NCBI GenBank assembly: GCA_965226795.1
Contig: CBDDDZ010000005.1
Span: 480,001 to 544,000 of the forward strand
Origin: Candidatus Latescibacterota bacterium
Lineage (GTDB): Bacteria > Latescibacterota > UBA2968 > GCA-2709665
DNA length: 64,000 bases
Reading direction: 5' to 3'
The notes below the pieces were generated by a model. It was not told the origin of the DNA, did no database searches, and saw only the letters and a program-made list of their open reading frames with translations. The position numbers and the translations under genes were made by a program. The stretch's first letter is position 1. Each line of letters begins with the position of its first letter. Positions 28,880 through 39,031 of this stretch are shown here, piece after piece.

Positions 28880-29896
28880 CTATGGCCGCGTGATGGTCGG
28901 CGGGTTGACGATATTTCTAAGCGGCTGACCGAGCAGAGCCCGTCTGCAGGTTTCGGCGGTCTTGACGCGCAGATCCGTCAGGCTCTGCTCCGAGTAAAAG
29001 GCCGAATGGGGCGTGATAAGCACGCGATGGTGCGCGGGGTGGCCGGGGTTGCGCCATGCCTCGATGAGCGGATCGTCTTCTTCGAGTTGTTCCCATTCGA
29101 ATACGTCGATCCCCGCGCCCGCCAGACGGCCGGATGCAACAGCGTCCGGGATCGCCGACGTATCAACTATGGCGCCGCGGGCGGTGTTCACCAGGTATGC
29201 GCCTTCTGGCATCAGAGCGATGGCTTCGGCGTTGATTATGTGGCGGGTTTCGTCGGTCAGCGGGCAGTGGATGCTGAGCGTGAAGGCCTGGCCAAGGGTT
29301 TCCTCCAGGGTTTCCACGCGTCGTATGCCCAGGGCCTTGGCGTATCCGTCCGGCTTGTAGGGGTCGTAAAAACACACATCCATGCCCAACGCCTTCGCGC
29401 GCAGGGCAGCGGCGGTGCCGATCCGTCCCAGGCCGAGGATTCCAAATACGCTGCCACGGATGCGTTGCAGAGGCGCCGCCTGGGAGGGGGACCAGGGTCC
29501 CTGGGAAGCGCGCAGACGGGAGTTGAGAAACGCGACGCCCCGGATCATTGAAACCGCCATGCCGACGGCCGCATCGGCCACGTCTTCGGTTCCGTAGTCG
29601 GGCACGTTGCAAACCGGAATGCCCAGTTCTTGGGCGCAGGCGACGTCAACATTGTCGAATCCGACGCCGCCCCGGGCGATGACCTTACACCGCCGCAGGC
29701 GTCTGAGGGTGCTTCCGGAAACCGCGATATAGTGATACGCAATGATGGCGTCGGCGTCTTCGATTCTTCCTGTGAGTTCGTCTTCCCCGGTCGCATTCAG
29801 AACCCGGACGCCGGCGACGTCGTAAAGGATTTCCCTTTCGAGATCGGGATTGGCGATGAAGTCCGTGATAACGACGTCTAAATTCCGGCTGGACAT
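28880..29896 (-). CDS. D-2-hydroxyacid dehydrogenase (CtBP-like)
   Basis: GVGFDNVD, GLGRIG, HCPLT, VNTARG, TPHSAFYS. Confidence 0.9.
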   Translation of the reverse strand: MSSRNLDVVITDFIANPDLEREILYDVAGVRVLNATGEDELTGRIEDADAIIAYHYIAVSGSTLRRLRRCKVIARGGVGFDNVDVACAQELGIPVCNVPDYGTEDVADAAVGMAVSMIRGVAFLNSRLRASQGPWSPSQAAPLQRIRGSVFGILGLGRIGTAAALRAKALGMDVCFYDPYKPDGYAKALGIRRVETLEETLGQAFTLSIHCPLTDETRHIINAEAIALMPEGAYLVNTARGAIVDTSAIPDAVASGRLAGAGIDVFEWEQLEEDDPLIEAWRNPGHPAHHRVLITPHSAFYSEQSLTDLRVKTAETCRRALLGQPLRNIVNPPTITRP

Positions 29897-30118
29897 TTCG
29901 GATAGGGCAGCAGATGAGAGAATTCGGGTTGGCAGGCTTTCAAAGACCACAACCTATGTTCGAATTCTGAGCAAGTCAAGCCCATTCCAGGCAGCCTGAA
30001 AGGTCCCGGGTAATGGGGAGTTGATGGTGTTGTTTATTCCAGCGTATGAAGACCGTACGCGGTACGAATGGCCGGAGGCTCAAGCATGGATCGTCGTGGT
30101 GCGTTTGCGATTCCTCTG

Positions 30119-31375
30119 TCAGCCATCGTACCCGAGCCCGCGCCATCGCGCGCGGGCGTATCGGATGGCATCCTGGCCCGGTTTCACGCAACCCCGCGTG
30201 CTGGGAGGAGGCTGGCCGCGCCCGGCGTCTTCGGGGTAGGGCGACCAGTGGTCCTCCACGTAGGGTCTGCAGGCGGTCTTCCTGTGGAAGTCGGGAACCG
30301 GATAGGGAGCGCCGTTCTCCAGGCAGGAGCGCCATGCCTGCACGCCTACGGCGGCCATGGCGACGCCGCGGTACACGTTCAAATAGGGCTGGCGGCCCGA
30401 ACGGATCGCGCGCACGAAGTGAAAATTCGTCCAGAAGTCCCCGCCCCCATGGCCTGCCCTTCGTGCGAGGTCGCCGCGTTCGGGCCAGTCGGCGGTGTAG
30501 GTGCGGTCCACTGGCTGGCCTTTGTCTCGCAGCCAATCTTCATGGTGAATACGGACGCAACTCCAGTGGTTGGGTTCGGCGGTGGCGATGAGACCCCGTT
30601 CGCCGTGAATTTCGTAGCGCACCCGGTGGATGGAACTGAGCTGCAAGCCCAGAATTCGAAAGACGGCGCCGTTGTCCATCCGGACCAGTATCAGACCGCC
30701 CTGATCCCCCACGCGCACCCGGTGGGGAGATTGGGTGGGTTCTTCAACAATGGACAGCGCATTGACGGAAACGGGCATGGTACCCGTGACGCACATCAGG
30801 GGCGCGAGCGCGTGGCTGCAGTAGTAGGTGGGCGGGATCCAGTTGCGCCAGTGGTTCAGGCCCGGAGAGATGCCCAGTCGCCAGTCCTCTTCGGCTGCGT
30901 GGTTGTATTCGCCTTCGGCGTAGGTGACGTTTCCGATCTCTCCGCTGCGGTAGAGGCGGCGCAATTCCTGATTGGCCGAGGAGAAAGGGTAGTTTTCAGC
31001 GAACATGTAGATGTTGCCGCTTGCTTCCACGGCGCGGCACAGGGCAACCCCTTCGGCGAGTGTCTTGCACGCGGCGGTTTCGCTCATCACGTGTTTTTCC
31101 GCCCGAAGGGCCTTGATGGCGAAAGGTGCATGCTCATGGCTGTAATTCGCCAGGATGACCGCGTCCATTTCATGTTCCAGAAAACGGTCGTAGTCGGTGT
31201 ATGTGGCCACCCCGTATTCTCTACCGACCTGTTCGAGTCTCTCCTTCCAGGTATCACATAGCGCCACGAGTTTCATGCCCACGGCGTCGGTCGCGCCCCG
31301 GGCGAAGCTCTGTCCCCTACCGACACCGATGATACCCACCCGGATGGGGTCCGTATCGGAATTGCGCTTTTCCAT
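30119..31375 (-). CDS. Gfo/Idh/MocA oxidoreductase
   Basis: VGIIGVGRG, KHVMSE, GHGGGDF. Confidence 0.88.
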   Translation of the reverse strand: MEKRNSDTDPIRVGIIGVGRGQSFARGATDAVGMKLVALCDTWKERLEQVGREYGVATYTDYDRFLEHEMDAVILANYSHEHAPFAIKALRAEKHVMSETAACKTLAEGVALCRAVEASGNIYMFAENYPFSSANQELRRLYRSGEIGNVTYAEGEYNHAAEEDWRLGISPGLNHWRNWIPPTYYCSHALAPLMCVTGTMPVSVNALSIVEEPTQSPHRVRVGDQGGLILVRMDNGAVFRILGLQLSSIHRVRYEIHGERGLIATAEPNHWSCVRIHHEDWLRDKGQPVDRTYTADWPERGDLARRAGHGGGDFWTNFHFVRAIRSGRQPYLNVYRGVAMAAVGVQAWRSCLENGAPYPVPDFHRKTACRPYVEDHWSPYPEDAGRGQPPPSTRGCVKPGQDAIRYARARWRGLGYDG

Positions 31376-31539
31376 TCGCAGGTGCTCCTCTACAAGATGG
31401 GCTGAACACCTGGCGTGAATCCCACTGCAGGTATTCCGCGATCACTCCGTTCCGATCCGAAACGGGACCAGAACCCGTGCGGTCATACGGGATATGCGCC
31501 AAGATTGGTGAGCGGCCCCGGAGTCTTGTCTGGTGTAGA

Positions 31540-32397
31540 TCAAGCGTCTAGCAACCGCCTCAAATACTCGCCCTGTTCGCCAAGTTTGGTATCGTCGTCG
31601 CCAGGGCCGAAGTCTTCCAGTGAGAGATAGCCGGCGTAACCGACGTCTTTGAAGTCACGGATGATCTGGCCGATGTCGGCAATGCCTTCCCGAAGGTCGG
31701 CGAAGTCCCATTCCCAATCCAAAGCGCCCAGGCGATCGCGGCCGGTGGTGACGGGTCGGCCATTGCCGATGTGGCAATGGGCGAGATAGGGGCCGAGCAG
31801 TTCCATGCCCATCCTGGTGTCTTCCAGGCCCACGCGCAGCATGTTCGGTATGTCGTATATCGCGCCGATACGTTCCGGGTCCAGGTCTCGCAGCAGTTCG
31901 ATGGCGCGCGAACAGGTGACGGCGACGGTGCCCACGTGAATTTCATAGAGAATTTTGACGTTGTATTGCCGCGCGGTTTCAACGAGGCTCGCGAAACCCG
32001 CTCGTGCGTTGAGGAACTGTGCCCAGTAGGGCTGCGTGCGGTCGTGCCGGGGAGCGCCGATGCGGATCATGGGCGGATTGTCCGGGTTCAGCGTGGCGGC
32101 GCCGCGGAACAGTTTTTCCACGACGTCGGTATCTTCCAACGTGACGTTGGGGGCCAGGGCGATCACCTGTATACCGGTACGTCTTTCGGCGGCCCGGATC
32201 GCTTTGGCCTTGTGAATAATGTTGTCCGGGTTGATGCCGGAAAGGTGACGGCCCCAGAATGAGGGATCCTCGTCATCGTCTCCAGGGTTGTAGCGGCAGC
32301 GAAGTTCGATGCCGTCGTACCCATGTTCAGCCAGTTTGTCGAATGTAAGGTCCAGGTCCCAGCGTGGTAACATAACGGACGTGCAGGAGAGTTTCAT
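31540..32397 (-). CDS. Sugar phosphate isomerase/epimerase (TIM barrel)
   Basis: GYDGIELR, YEIH, YDIPN, HCHI, GYAGYLSLE. Confidence 0.85.
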   Translation of the reverse strand: MKLSCTSVMLPRWDLDLTFDKLAEHGYDGIELRCRYNPGDDDEDPSFWGRHLSGINPDNIIHKAKAIRAAERRTGIQVIALAPNVTLEDTDVVEKLFRGAATLNPDNPPMIRIGAPRHDRTQPYWAQFLNARAGFASLVETARQYNVKILYEIHVGTVAVTCSRAIELLRDLDPERIGAIYDIPNMLRVGLEDTRMGMELLGPYLAHCHIGNGRPVTTGRDRLGALDWEWDFADLREGIADIGQIIRDFKDVGYAGYLSLEDFGPGDDDTKLGEQGEYLRRLLDA

Positions 32398-32413
32398 TGT
32401 GCCTCCGGCTTAG

Positions 32414-32573
32414 CAGCCCGTTGAAAAAGTCCATCCGGTCTGCGGCTGGCTCTTGTGGCCGAATTACTGCGTTGCGCTCCATCTCCGAATCCTCCGATTC
32501 GGCTCGGTCGCGCGCCTTGTCTTCGGTCACAATGGCTCGGCCTCGCCTGCAGAGCAACTTTTTCAACGGACTG
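32414..32573. mobile_element. 160-bp MITE with 17-bp TIRs and TTAG target duplication (IS1182/IS5-like ends)
   Basis: Left CAGCCCGTTGAAAAAGT; right end reverse-complements to CAGTCCGTTGAAAAAGT; TTAG at 32410-32413 and 32574-32577. Confidence 0.85.
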
Positions 32574-32584
32574 TTAGCGGTGTA

Positions 32585-33649
32585 TTACGGTATGAATCGG
32601 GTCTTCGGGGTGATTGACAGGATGAATTCCGTGAGCAGGGCCACGGTTCGGTCCAGGTCTTTGAGCGAGAGGATTTCCACGGGAGTGTGCATATAACGGA
32701 GCGCCACGCTGACAAGCCCGGTTGCCACGCCGGCGCGGGTGAGTTGTATTGCGTTCGCGTCGGTTCCGGTTCCGCCGGAGGCGGCTTCGATCTGATAAGG
32801 CACATCGGCTGTTCGCGCCGCGGCCACGAGGCGTTTGAACACGACCGGATTGATGTTGGCGCCGCGAGCGATAACGGGGCCGGCGCCCAGTTTCAGGTCG
32901 CCGTCGCGGCGTTTGTCGACGTCGGGATGATCGGTTGCGCAGGCGACGTCCAAGCCGATACCGAGGTGCGGATCTATACCGTAAGCGCTCGTTTTCGCGC
33001 CGCGCAGGCCAATCTCTTCCTGTACGGTGGCGACGGCGAACAGGGCGGCTTCGGACGTTTTCCCGGACTGGGCAACGCAGCGAAGGGTCTCTACGGCGAC
33101 GTAGGCGCCCATTTTGTTGTCGAAAGCGCGGGAGACGGCCAGATCTCCGCGGATGATTTCGAAATTGGGATCGTAGGTGATGGGGTCGCCGATGTCGACG
33201 ATTTTCCCGGCCTCCTTCCGGTCTCCCGCGCCGATGTCGATCCAGAGTTCATGGGCCCGGGGTGTTTTCTTGCGGTCGTCCTCCGTCATCAGATGGACCG
33301 GTTTCTTGCCGAATACGCCCGGTACGGGTCCTGATGACGTATGGATACGGACTTTTCTGCCCGGGATGATGCCGGTATCGAAGCCGCCGATGGTATTGAC
33401 GTAGATATATCCGTTGTCGTCAATATGATTGACCTGAAACCCCAGTTCATCCATATGTCCAGCCAGCATGATTCGCGGGCTGCCGTTGGCGTTGTGTACC
33501 GCAATCGCGTTGCCATGCGCGTCAACGGTGACTTTATCCGCGAATTTCTTCGCTTCCGCCGTCCAGACTTCACGTACGGGTCCTTCGTACCCGGATGGAC
33601 CAGGCGCATTGAGCATGGCTTCGAGAAAAGCACGTGAAGATTTACGCAT
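32585..33649 (-). CDS. M42 metallopeptidase
   Basis: GPSGYE, AGHMDE, RAFDNK, VQEEIGLRGA, GTDA, RYMHTP. Confidence 0.92.
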   Translation of the reverse strand: MRKSSRAFLEAMLNAPGPSGYEGPVREVWTAEAKKFADKVTVDAHGNAIAVHNANGSPRIMLAGHMDELGFQVNHIDDNGYIYVNTIGGFDTGIIPGRKVRIHTSSGPVPGVFGKKPVHLMTEDDRKKTPRAHELWIDIGAGDRKEAGKIVDIGDPITYDPNFEIIRGDLAVSRAFDNKMGAYVAVETLRCVAQSGKTSEAALFAVATVQEEIGLRGAKTSAYGIDPHLGIGLDVACATDHPDVDKRRDGDLKLGAGPVIARGANINPVVFKRLVAAARTADVPYQIEAASGGTGTDANAIQLTRAGVATGLVSVALRYMHTPVEILSLKDLDRTVALLTEFILSITPKTRFIP

Positions 33650-33659
33650 CGGTCTCCTT

Positions 33660-34688
33660 TCAGAAAACAGCCCGTTTACGGCATTGTTCGATAACGCGAA
33701 TCAATTCGCGGGATTCATGGGTCTTGACATGGGGCTCTGCATTTCGCGCAAATGTCTCGTAGATGTTTGTGTAAAAGTCGAGTTGCGCATCGGGACGGAT
33801 CGGCACGGTCTTTTCTTGCCACGGGAGCCGATCCCGGTTGTCGTAGCTGCGCCCTGGCGCCGCGCCGTCGAAAACTTCCAGTTCCGGTGCCTGATCGGGG
33901 TCGTAATATCGTATTTGGAAGGCATTTCCCGACTGGACGAGGGTTCCGTAACGCCCGCAAATGTGCCATGGTTCAAGGGGCAGGGCAGCCGCGTGGTTGA
34001 TTTCCAGATCAAGGAGCTGATTTCCCTCGGTCTTTAGCCAGACTTTGACCACGTCGTCCGCGTCTCCGCGCGTTGCAACGGCCCAGAGATTGCATCGAAT
34101 ATCGGCAACGGGCGTGGCGTCGGAAAGGTAGAGCAACTGGTCGAGGTAGTGTGCGCCGTAGTTGTTCAGCATGCCGCCGCCGTGTTTGCGCAGGCTCTGC
34201 CAGTCGTTGCGGCGCACGTAACGCGTCAGACACCGGCGGATGAGGTAGACCGGACCAAGAATCCCGATATTGAGGATCCCTTTGAGAATCTGAGTTTCGG
34301 CAGAAAGGCGATGCGGCTGGTAGACGAGAACGCGGCGGCCGTGCCGTTGTGCTTCGTCGACAATACGGTCGGCCGACTTGAGGGTGGTGGTCATCGGTTT
34401 TTCGAGGATAACGTGACAGCCTTCACGGAGTGCTTTTCGGGCATGCCGTTCGTGAAATCTCGTGGGGGTGGCGACAACCAGAACGTCGGGGCGTTTTTTT
34501 CTCCAGAAAGCGCCCATGGTCGTGTAGGTCCGGCAACCGGAAAGAGCGGCTGCCTCCTCGAGACGTTCCGCTAGCGGATCGATTACGGCGACGAGTTGGA
34601 AATCGGGCGCTTCTTTGAGATCGTTGAAGTGCTTGGACCATCCGGCCCGGCCCAGTCCGGCAATTGCGATATTCAGCTTTTTCGCCAT
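33660..34688 (-). CDS. Gfo/Idh/MocA oxidoreductase
   Basis: AGLGRAG, VATPTRFH, ILEKPM, GGMLNNYGAH. Confidence 0.9.
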   Translation of the reverse strand: MAKKLNIAIAGLGRAGWSKHFNDLKEAPDFQLVAVIDPLAERLEEAAALSGCRTYTTMGAFWRKKRPDVLVVATPTRFHERHARKALREGCHVILEKPMTTTLKSADRIVDEAQRHGRRVLVYQPHRLSAETQILKGILNIGILGPVYLIRRCLTRYVRRNDWQSLRKHGGGMLNNYGAHYLDQLLYLSDATPVADIRCNLWAVATRGDADDVVKVWLKTEGNQLLDLEINHAAALPLEPWHICGRYGTLVQSGNAFQIRYYDPDQAPELEVFDGAAPGRSYDNRDRLPWQEKTVPIRPDAQLDFYTNIYETFARNAEPHVKTHESRELIRVIEQCRKRAVF

Positions 34689-34931
34689 GGGGTGGTATCC
34701 TGATGCATTATGGGAGAAAGTTGACGGCGTTGTCTTCTCTGTCTATATTCCTGCGAACGGTGTAGAAAATAAAGCCTGCAACCCAAATGTCCACTGAAAA
34801 TCTGAGGGGTTTGTGCTGGTTTCGCGGCGTCGCGGGCGGGTGCATTCTACTCGGGATTCATAGGCGGGAGGTCTACGGTGGGAACCGGGTCAGAACGGCC
34901 GGGCGCTTCTGAAGGCGTTAAATCAACGACG

Positions 34932-35453
34932 ATGCAGGCGGCCATACTGGGCATGCTCGTTGTGAATATTCCACTGTTGCTGGTCAGCTTCGGAATGGGT
35001 TACGCCTCCCGTTTCGGCTGGATGTCGGTTTCCGTGGGTGCCCATTTGAAGGTGGGGCTTCTGGCCGCGTTTCTGACGGTCCTGACGCAGACGACAACGA
35101 TGTTTTACTTTATGGGAACGGGTTCGGCCGTCAAGGCTGAGGTCCGGGAGCGTGGTCTGGACCCGGAGTTTCTGGCCCGCGCCCGCGCGTTTAAAGGTCG
35201 TTTTTTCTACCTGCTGACATTCGGCATTCTGCTGATCATGGTTGCCGCGATGATCGGCGGCGGCGCGCACGCGGACCTGCTGTGGAGCGGTGGCGAGGCC
35301 GGCCGGTCGTTTTATTCCATCCTGCACGAGGTCCTGGCGATTCTGAGCCTGCTGGTGAATATGATTGCCTTTGTCCTCACCCCGTACTATATCCAAAAGA
35401 ACAATCGTCTGCTGGATGACGTGGGAAGCACTCGGGTCTCGGCTCCGGAGTAG
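34932..35453 (+). CDS. Hypothetical four-TM membrane protein
   Basis: Four hydrophobic segments; MFYFMGTG; His residues in the helices. Confidence 0.7.
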   Translation: MQAAILGMLVVNIPLLLVSFGMGYASRFGWMSVSVGAHLKVGLLAAFLTVLTQTTTMFYFMGTGSAVKAEVRERGLDPEFLARARAFKGRFFYLLTFGILLIMVAAMIGGGAHADLLWSGGEAGRSFYSILHEVLAILSLLVNMIAFVLTPYYIQKNNRLLDDVGSTRVSAPE

Positions 35454-35558
35454 GCCGCCGTGTCCGGACGCAAGAAGGCGCTGCTGAAGACGGAATTGTG
35501 GTGCGGCGGCGAGCCGACGAAACGAATCGTCGCCGACAACCTGATCACGGAGGAGGTT

Positions 35559-37280
35559 ATGGACAACCGGGAGGTCGCCGAAGTCCTGGAGGAGATGGCG
35601 ACATTGATGGAGTTGAACGGCGAGGGTGGATTTCGCATACGGGCGTACACCAATGCGGCCAGGGGTATCGAGTCGCTGCGGGAACCCGTGGCGACGCTGG
35701 CTGCCGAGGGGAAGCTGGATTCGGTCAGAGGAATCGGCAAGAGTCTGGCGGGACGCATTACCGGACTCGTGGAGACCGGGCGTTTGCCGGGTCTGGATGA
35801 ATTGAAGGCGTCCGTTCCGGAGGGGCTGATGGAGATGACGGAAATCCCCGGTCTGGGGGCCAGGAGAGTGCGCGCAATTTACGAAGGACTGGGCATTGTG
35901 GACGTCGATGCGTTATCCAGAGCCTGCGAATCCGGTGAACTGGAAGCGATGAGCGGATTCGGCAGGAAAACTGCCGACCGGATCGCGCACGGAATTCAAT
36001 ATATGCAGAAACACCGGGGACAATATCTTTGCGATAACGCTTGCGAAGAGGCGGAGGGCATTCGGGTCTATCTGGAGGATCAGGCAAGCGTGGACCGGCT
36101 CGCCGTGGTCGGAACGATTCGGCGGCGTACGGAAACGCACAGGGACGTGGATCTGGTGGCGCGCACAACGGATGCGGACGGGCTGGCCGGGGCATTTGTG
36201 CGGTACGGAGAGGTGGCCGAGACTGTGGAATCAGGAGAGATGCGGGTAAGCGTCATGTTGGAGTCGGGCATGCGCGCGAATCTGTGGCTGGTCGAGGAAG
36301 AAGAGGCGTTCCCGACTGCTTTGCATCACGTTACGGGTAGTGAGGCGCATGTTACGCAAGTGCGCGACAGAGCGGCGGAACGGGGCCTGAAGTTGAACGA
36401 GCACGGGCTGTTTGACGGGGATCGTCGAATCCCCTGCGAGGACGAAGCAGCGCTGTTCGAAGCGCTGGGTCTGTCCCAAATCCCGCCGGAACTGCGTGAG
36501 GGTGACGACGAGATCCGACTGGCCGAGGCAGGGGTGCTACCGGGGCTGGTGTCACGCGTGGACCTGCGGGGGACGCTGCACGTACATACCCGGCACAGCG
36601 ACGGCCGGGCGGATGTGATGGAGATGGCGAGTGCGGCGGCCGACCTGGGATACGGATATGTCGGGATATGCGACCACAGCAAGGCGGCGGCCTATGCGAA
36701 CGGCCTGACCGAGGATCGGGTTCGCGCCCAGTGGGATGAAATCGACAGCGTGAACGGGGAATTGGAGGGCATCCGGGTGCTGAAGGGAATCGAGGTTGAC
36801 ATACTGGGTGACGGGCGGCTGGATTTCGAGGATGAATTTCTGGCGCAGTTCGACGTTGTGGTGGCTTCAGTGCATTCCAGATTCGGTATGACGGAGGCCG
36901 AGGCGACCGAGCGGATCGTGCGCGCAGTTCAGAATCCCCACGTGCACATTCTGGGCCATCCCACGGGGCGATTGCTGCTTTCGCGCGAGGGTTATCCGCT
37001 GGATCACCACGCTGTCATCGACGCCGCGGCCGAGGCCAATACGGCCATTGAGCTGAATGCCAATCCGCGACGGTTGGAGCTGGACTGGCGGCATATCGGA
37101 TACGCAAGGGAGAAGGGAGTGAAGATTGCAATCAATACCGATGCCCACAGCGTCGCGGGGTTGGAGCAGATGGAGCACGGTCTGGGCGTAGGCCGAAAGG
37201 GTGGACTGACGCCTGCGGATGTCCTGAACGCGATGACCATGAAGGAATTTCTGGCGTGGTGCGCCATACCTTCACTGTGA
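35559..37280 (+). CDS. polX: DNA polymerase X / PHP 3'-5' exonuclease
   Basis: MDNREVA, HhH motifs, RDVDL; PHP motifs LHVHT-x2-SDG, CDHS, GIEVDI, ILGHPTGR, NTDAH. Confidence 0.92.
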   Translation: MDNREVAEVLEEMATLMELNGEGGFRIRAYTNAARGIESLREPVATLAAEGKLDSVRGIGKSLAGRITGLVETGRLPGLDELKASVPEGLMEMTEIPGLGARRVRAIYEGLGIVDVDALSRACESGELEAMSGFGRKTADRIAHGIQYMQKHRGQYLCDNACEEAEGIRVYLEDQASVDRLAVVGTIRRRTETHRDVDLVARTTDADGLAGAFVRYGEVAETVESGEMRVSVMLESGMRANLWLVEEEEAFPTALHHVTGSEAHVTQVRDRAAERGLKLNEHGLFDGDRRIPCEDEAALFEALGLSQIPPELREGDDEIRLAEAGVLPGLVSRVDLRGTLHVHTRHSDGRADVMEMASAAADLGYGYVGICDHSKAAAYANGLTEDRVRAQWDEIDSVNGELEGIRVLKGIEVDILGDGRLDFEDEFLAQFDVVVASVHSRFGMTEAEATERIVRAVQNPHVHILGHPTGRLLLSREGYPLDHHAVIDAAAEANTAIELNANPRRLELDWRHIGYAREKGVKIAINTDAHSVAGLEQMEHGLGVGRKGGLTPADVLNAMTMKEFLAWCAIPSL

Positions 37281-37484
37281 TTCGTATGATTAAGTGATTG
37301 CTGTGATTAAAGGCAAAGGCGATGCGGCGGGAGAGAGTTCGGATGGTGATAGAAGCGATCTGAAGAAGCGGGAAACATGGATGGACAGGATAGGCAGGAT
37401 GAGAAACCGGAAATCTTTTCATCCATGTGAATTAACCGGAGCAGTCCCGTCGTTGGAAGCAGGACACGACGAGAAGGAGGTCGT

Positions 37485-38213
37485 TTGACACGCGAGGAGA
37501 TTTTTGACACGGTCCAATCCCTCTCCGTAGAGAAGGACCTGTACGCCGCCAGTGAGTTCGTATTTGGACTCGCGGATGAGTCCGACGTCGTCGAGATATT
37601 CGGAAATCTCCTGCTCGACTGTTATTGGAAGGCCAGGTCCACGGAGCAGGTGATCCACTTTGCTGACGCAGGCATCCACTTTTGCCTGGCCTAGGCGTGC
37701 ACGGACGACGGCATCGACGACGATTCCGCGAGGGAGCTTAGATTCGCCGCCAAGCGGATGGCCACCAACGCCGCATCCTTCACCTGGATCGGCTGGGAAG
37801 AACCCGGTGTGTCGATCTCGGGCGAGCAGATGCGGCACGGTCTTGACTTTGCCCGGTACAGCGTCAGGCAACTGCATGAACTGAACCCGACCGATGCGCA
37901 ACTGGCGTTTACGTACTGGTTTCTTGGCGCGCATCTGATCGCCGAGGGGTCGTACGCGGAGGCGCTGTCGGTACTCGTGGACGCAAGACAGTACAACAGC
38001 TCGGACGGAGGGAATCCGGATTACGAGACCATGCTCAAAGGTTATATCGGGCTGACGAGAATTCTGTTGGGCGACAACGACGCTGGGGAATCGGAATTCG
38101 CCTCGGCGGTCGGTGCACTGGAATACCGCGAAAGCGAGGATGCCGCGTTCTACGCGAAGCAACTTGTAGGCGTCCGGGCGTTCTTCGAGAAGCGGTTGGC
38201 ATCAGACGGCTAG
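37485..38213 (+). pseudogene. Helical (TPR-like) hypothetical protein interrupted by in-frame TAG at 37692-37694
   Basis: ORFs 37485-37694 and 37758-38213 share a frame with only the TAG between them; SD AAGGAGG before TTG. Confidence 0.65.
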
Positions 38214-38224
38214 CCCGGGCGTCA

Positions 38225-38418
38225 ACGATCACCTGGCCCATCGGGCTTCCTCGTACGCAATTCTCACACAAAGGCACGAAGACACAAGGGTAAACCCAAA
38301 AACCCTTTAACTGTCGCAATTTGCGACACCTTCCAAATAGCGGCTACGATGGCGGTCGTAGGGATGTATGAAGGGGCGGTTTGGGAACCGCCCTGCGGTC
38401 GTATGATGGATGTGGACT
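38225..38418. repeat. Junction repeat R, copy 1 (longest)
   Basis: CACACAAAGGCACGAAGACACAAGGG, palindrome TGTCGCAA-T-TTGCGACA, REP-like GGGGCGGTTTGGGAACCGCCCT, GATGGATGTGGAC. Confidence 0.65.
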
Positions 38419-38499
38419 TTGATTCGCCTTTCCGAAAACCGAACAGGCACCGAGGTTTGAATTCATACGCGGTTTTTTTGCCCAACTGCAGAAAACCAA

Positions 38500-38528
38500 T
38501 TGCACGCTATTCTTGGGAATGATATATT
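38500..38528 (+). promoter_or_regulatory. Putative sigma70 promoter of hicB copy 1
   Basis: TTGCAC-17 nt-TATATT; conserved in the second copy at 46282-46310. Confidence 0.55.
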
Positions 38529-38621
38529 CGCTATGAGGGCAAGAAGCAGTCGCCAGCGTCCGGCCTGTTTTTTTGGGAATGGTCGATTCTCAGACGTCTA
38601 ATGATTCTCCAGGAGGATCCA

Positions 38622-38798
38622 ATGTCTGCAGGTAATTTAACTGCCGTGATCAGAAAAGAGGACGACTTGTACGTTGCGGATTGCCCGGCATTGGGAACAG
38701 TCAGCCAGGGCACTTCCCCGAAGGAAGCGTTGGAAAACCTTAGGGAGGCCACAACACTCTATCTTGAAGAAACTGGCACGCGTAACGATGAGACGTAA
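38622..38798 (+). CDS. hicB: HicB-like antitoxin (orphan; hicA deleted)
   Basis: YVADCPALGTVSQGTSPKEALENLREATTLYL; only the 3' remnant of hicA (DRDEFRRVI*) remains at about 38805-38846. Confidence 0.8.
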   Translation: MSAGNLTAVIRKEDDLYVADCPALGTVSQGTSPKEALENLREATTLYLEETGTRNDET

Positions 38799-39031
38799 AC
38801 TCACGAAGCGGGGATTGACCGGGACGAGTTTCGAAGGGTCATATAAGGTATCGAATAACGCTGCACGCGAGGGTTTGTCGGCTAGAGCGACAAACCCGCT
38901 CGTCTATAATAGGAGACGGCAATCCCGTGCCATCTTTCAAGGAATGAAATGAGTCATTGCGTGATATAAATTAACCCACCCTCTGTTGGCTACCACATTG
39001 CCGTCGCATACCCTCCAAGAGCAAGTGATAA

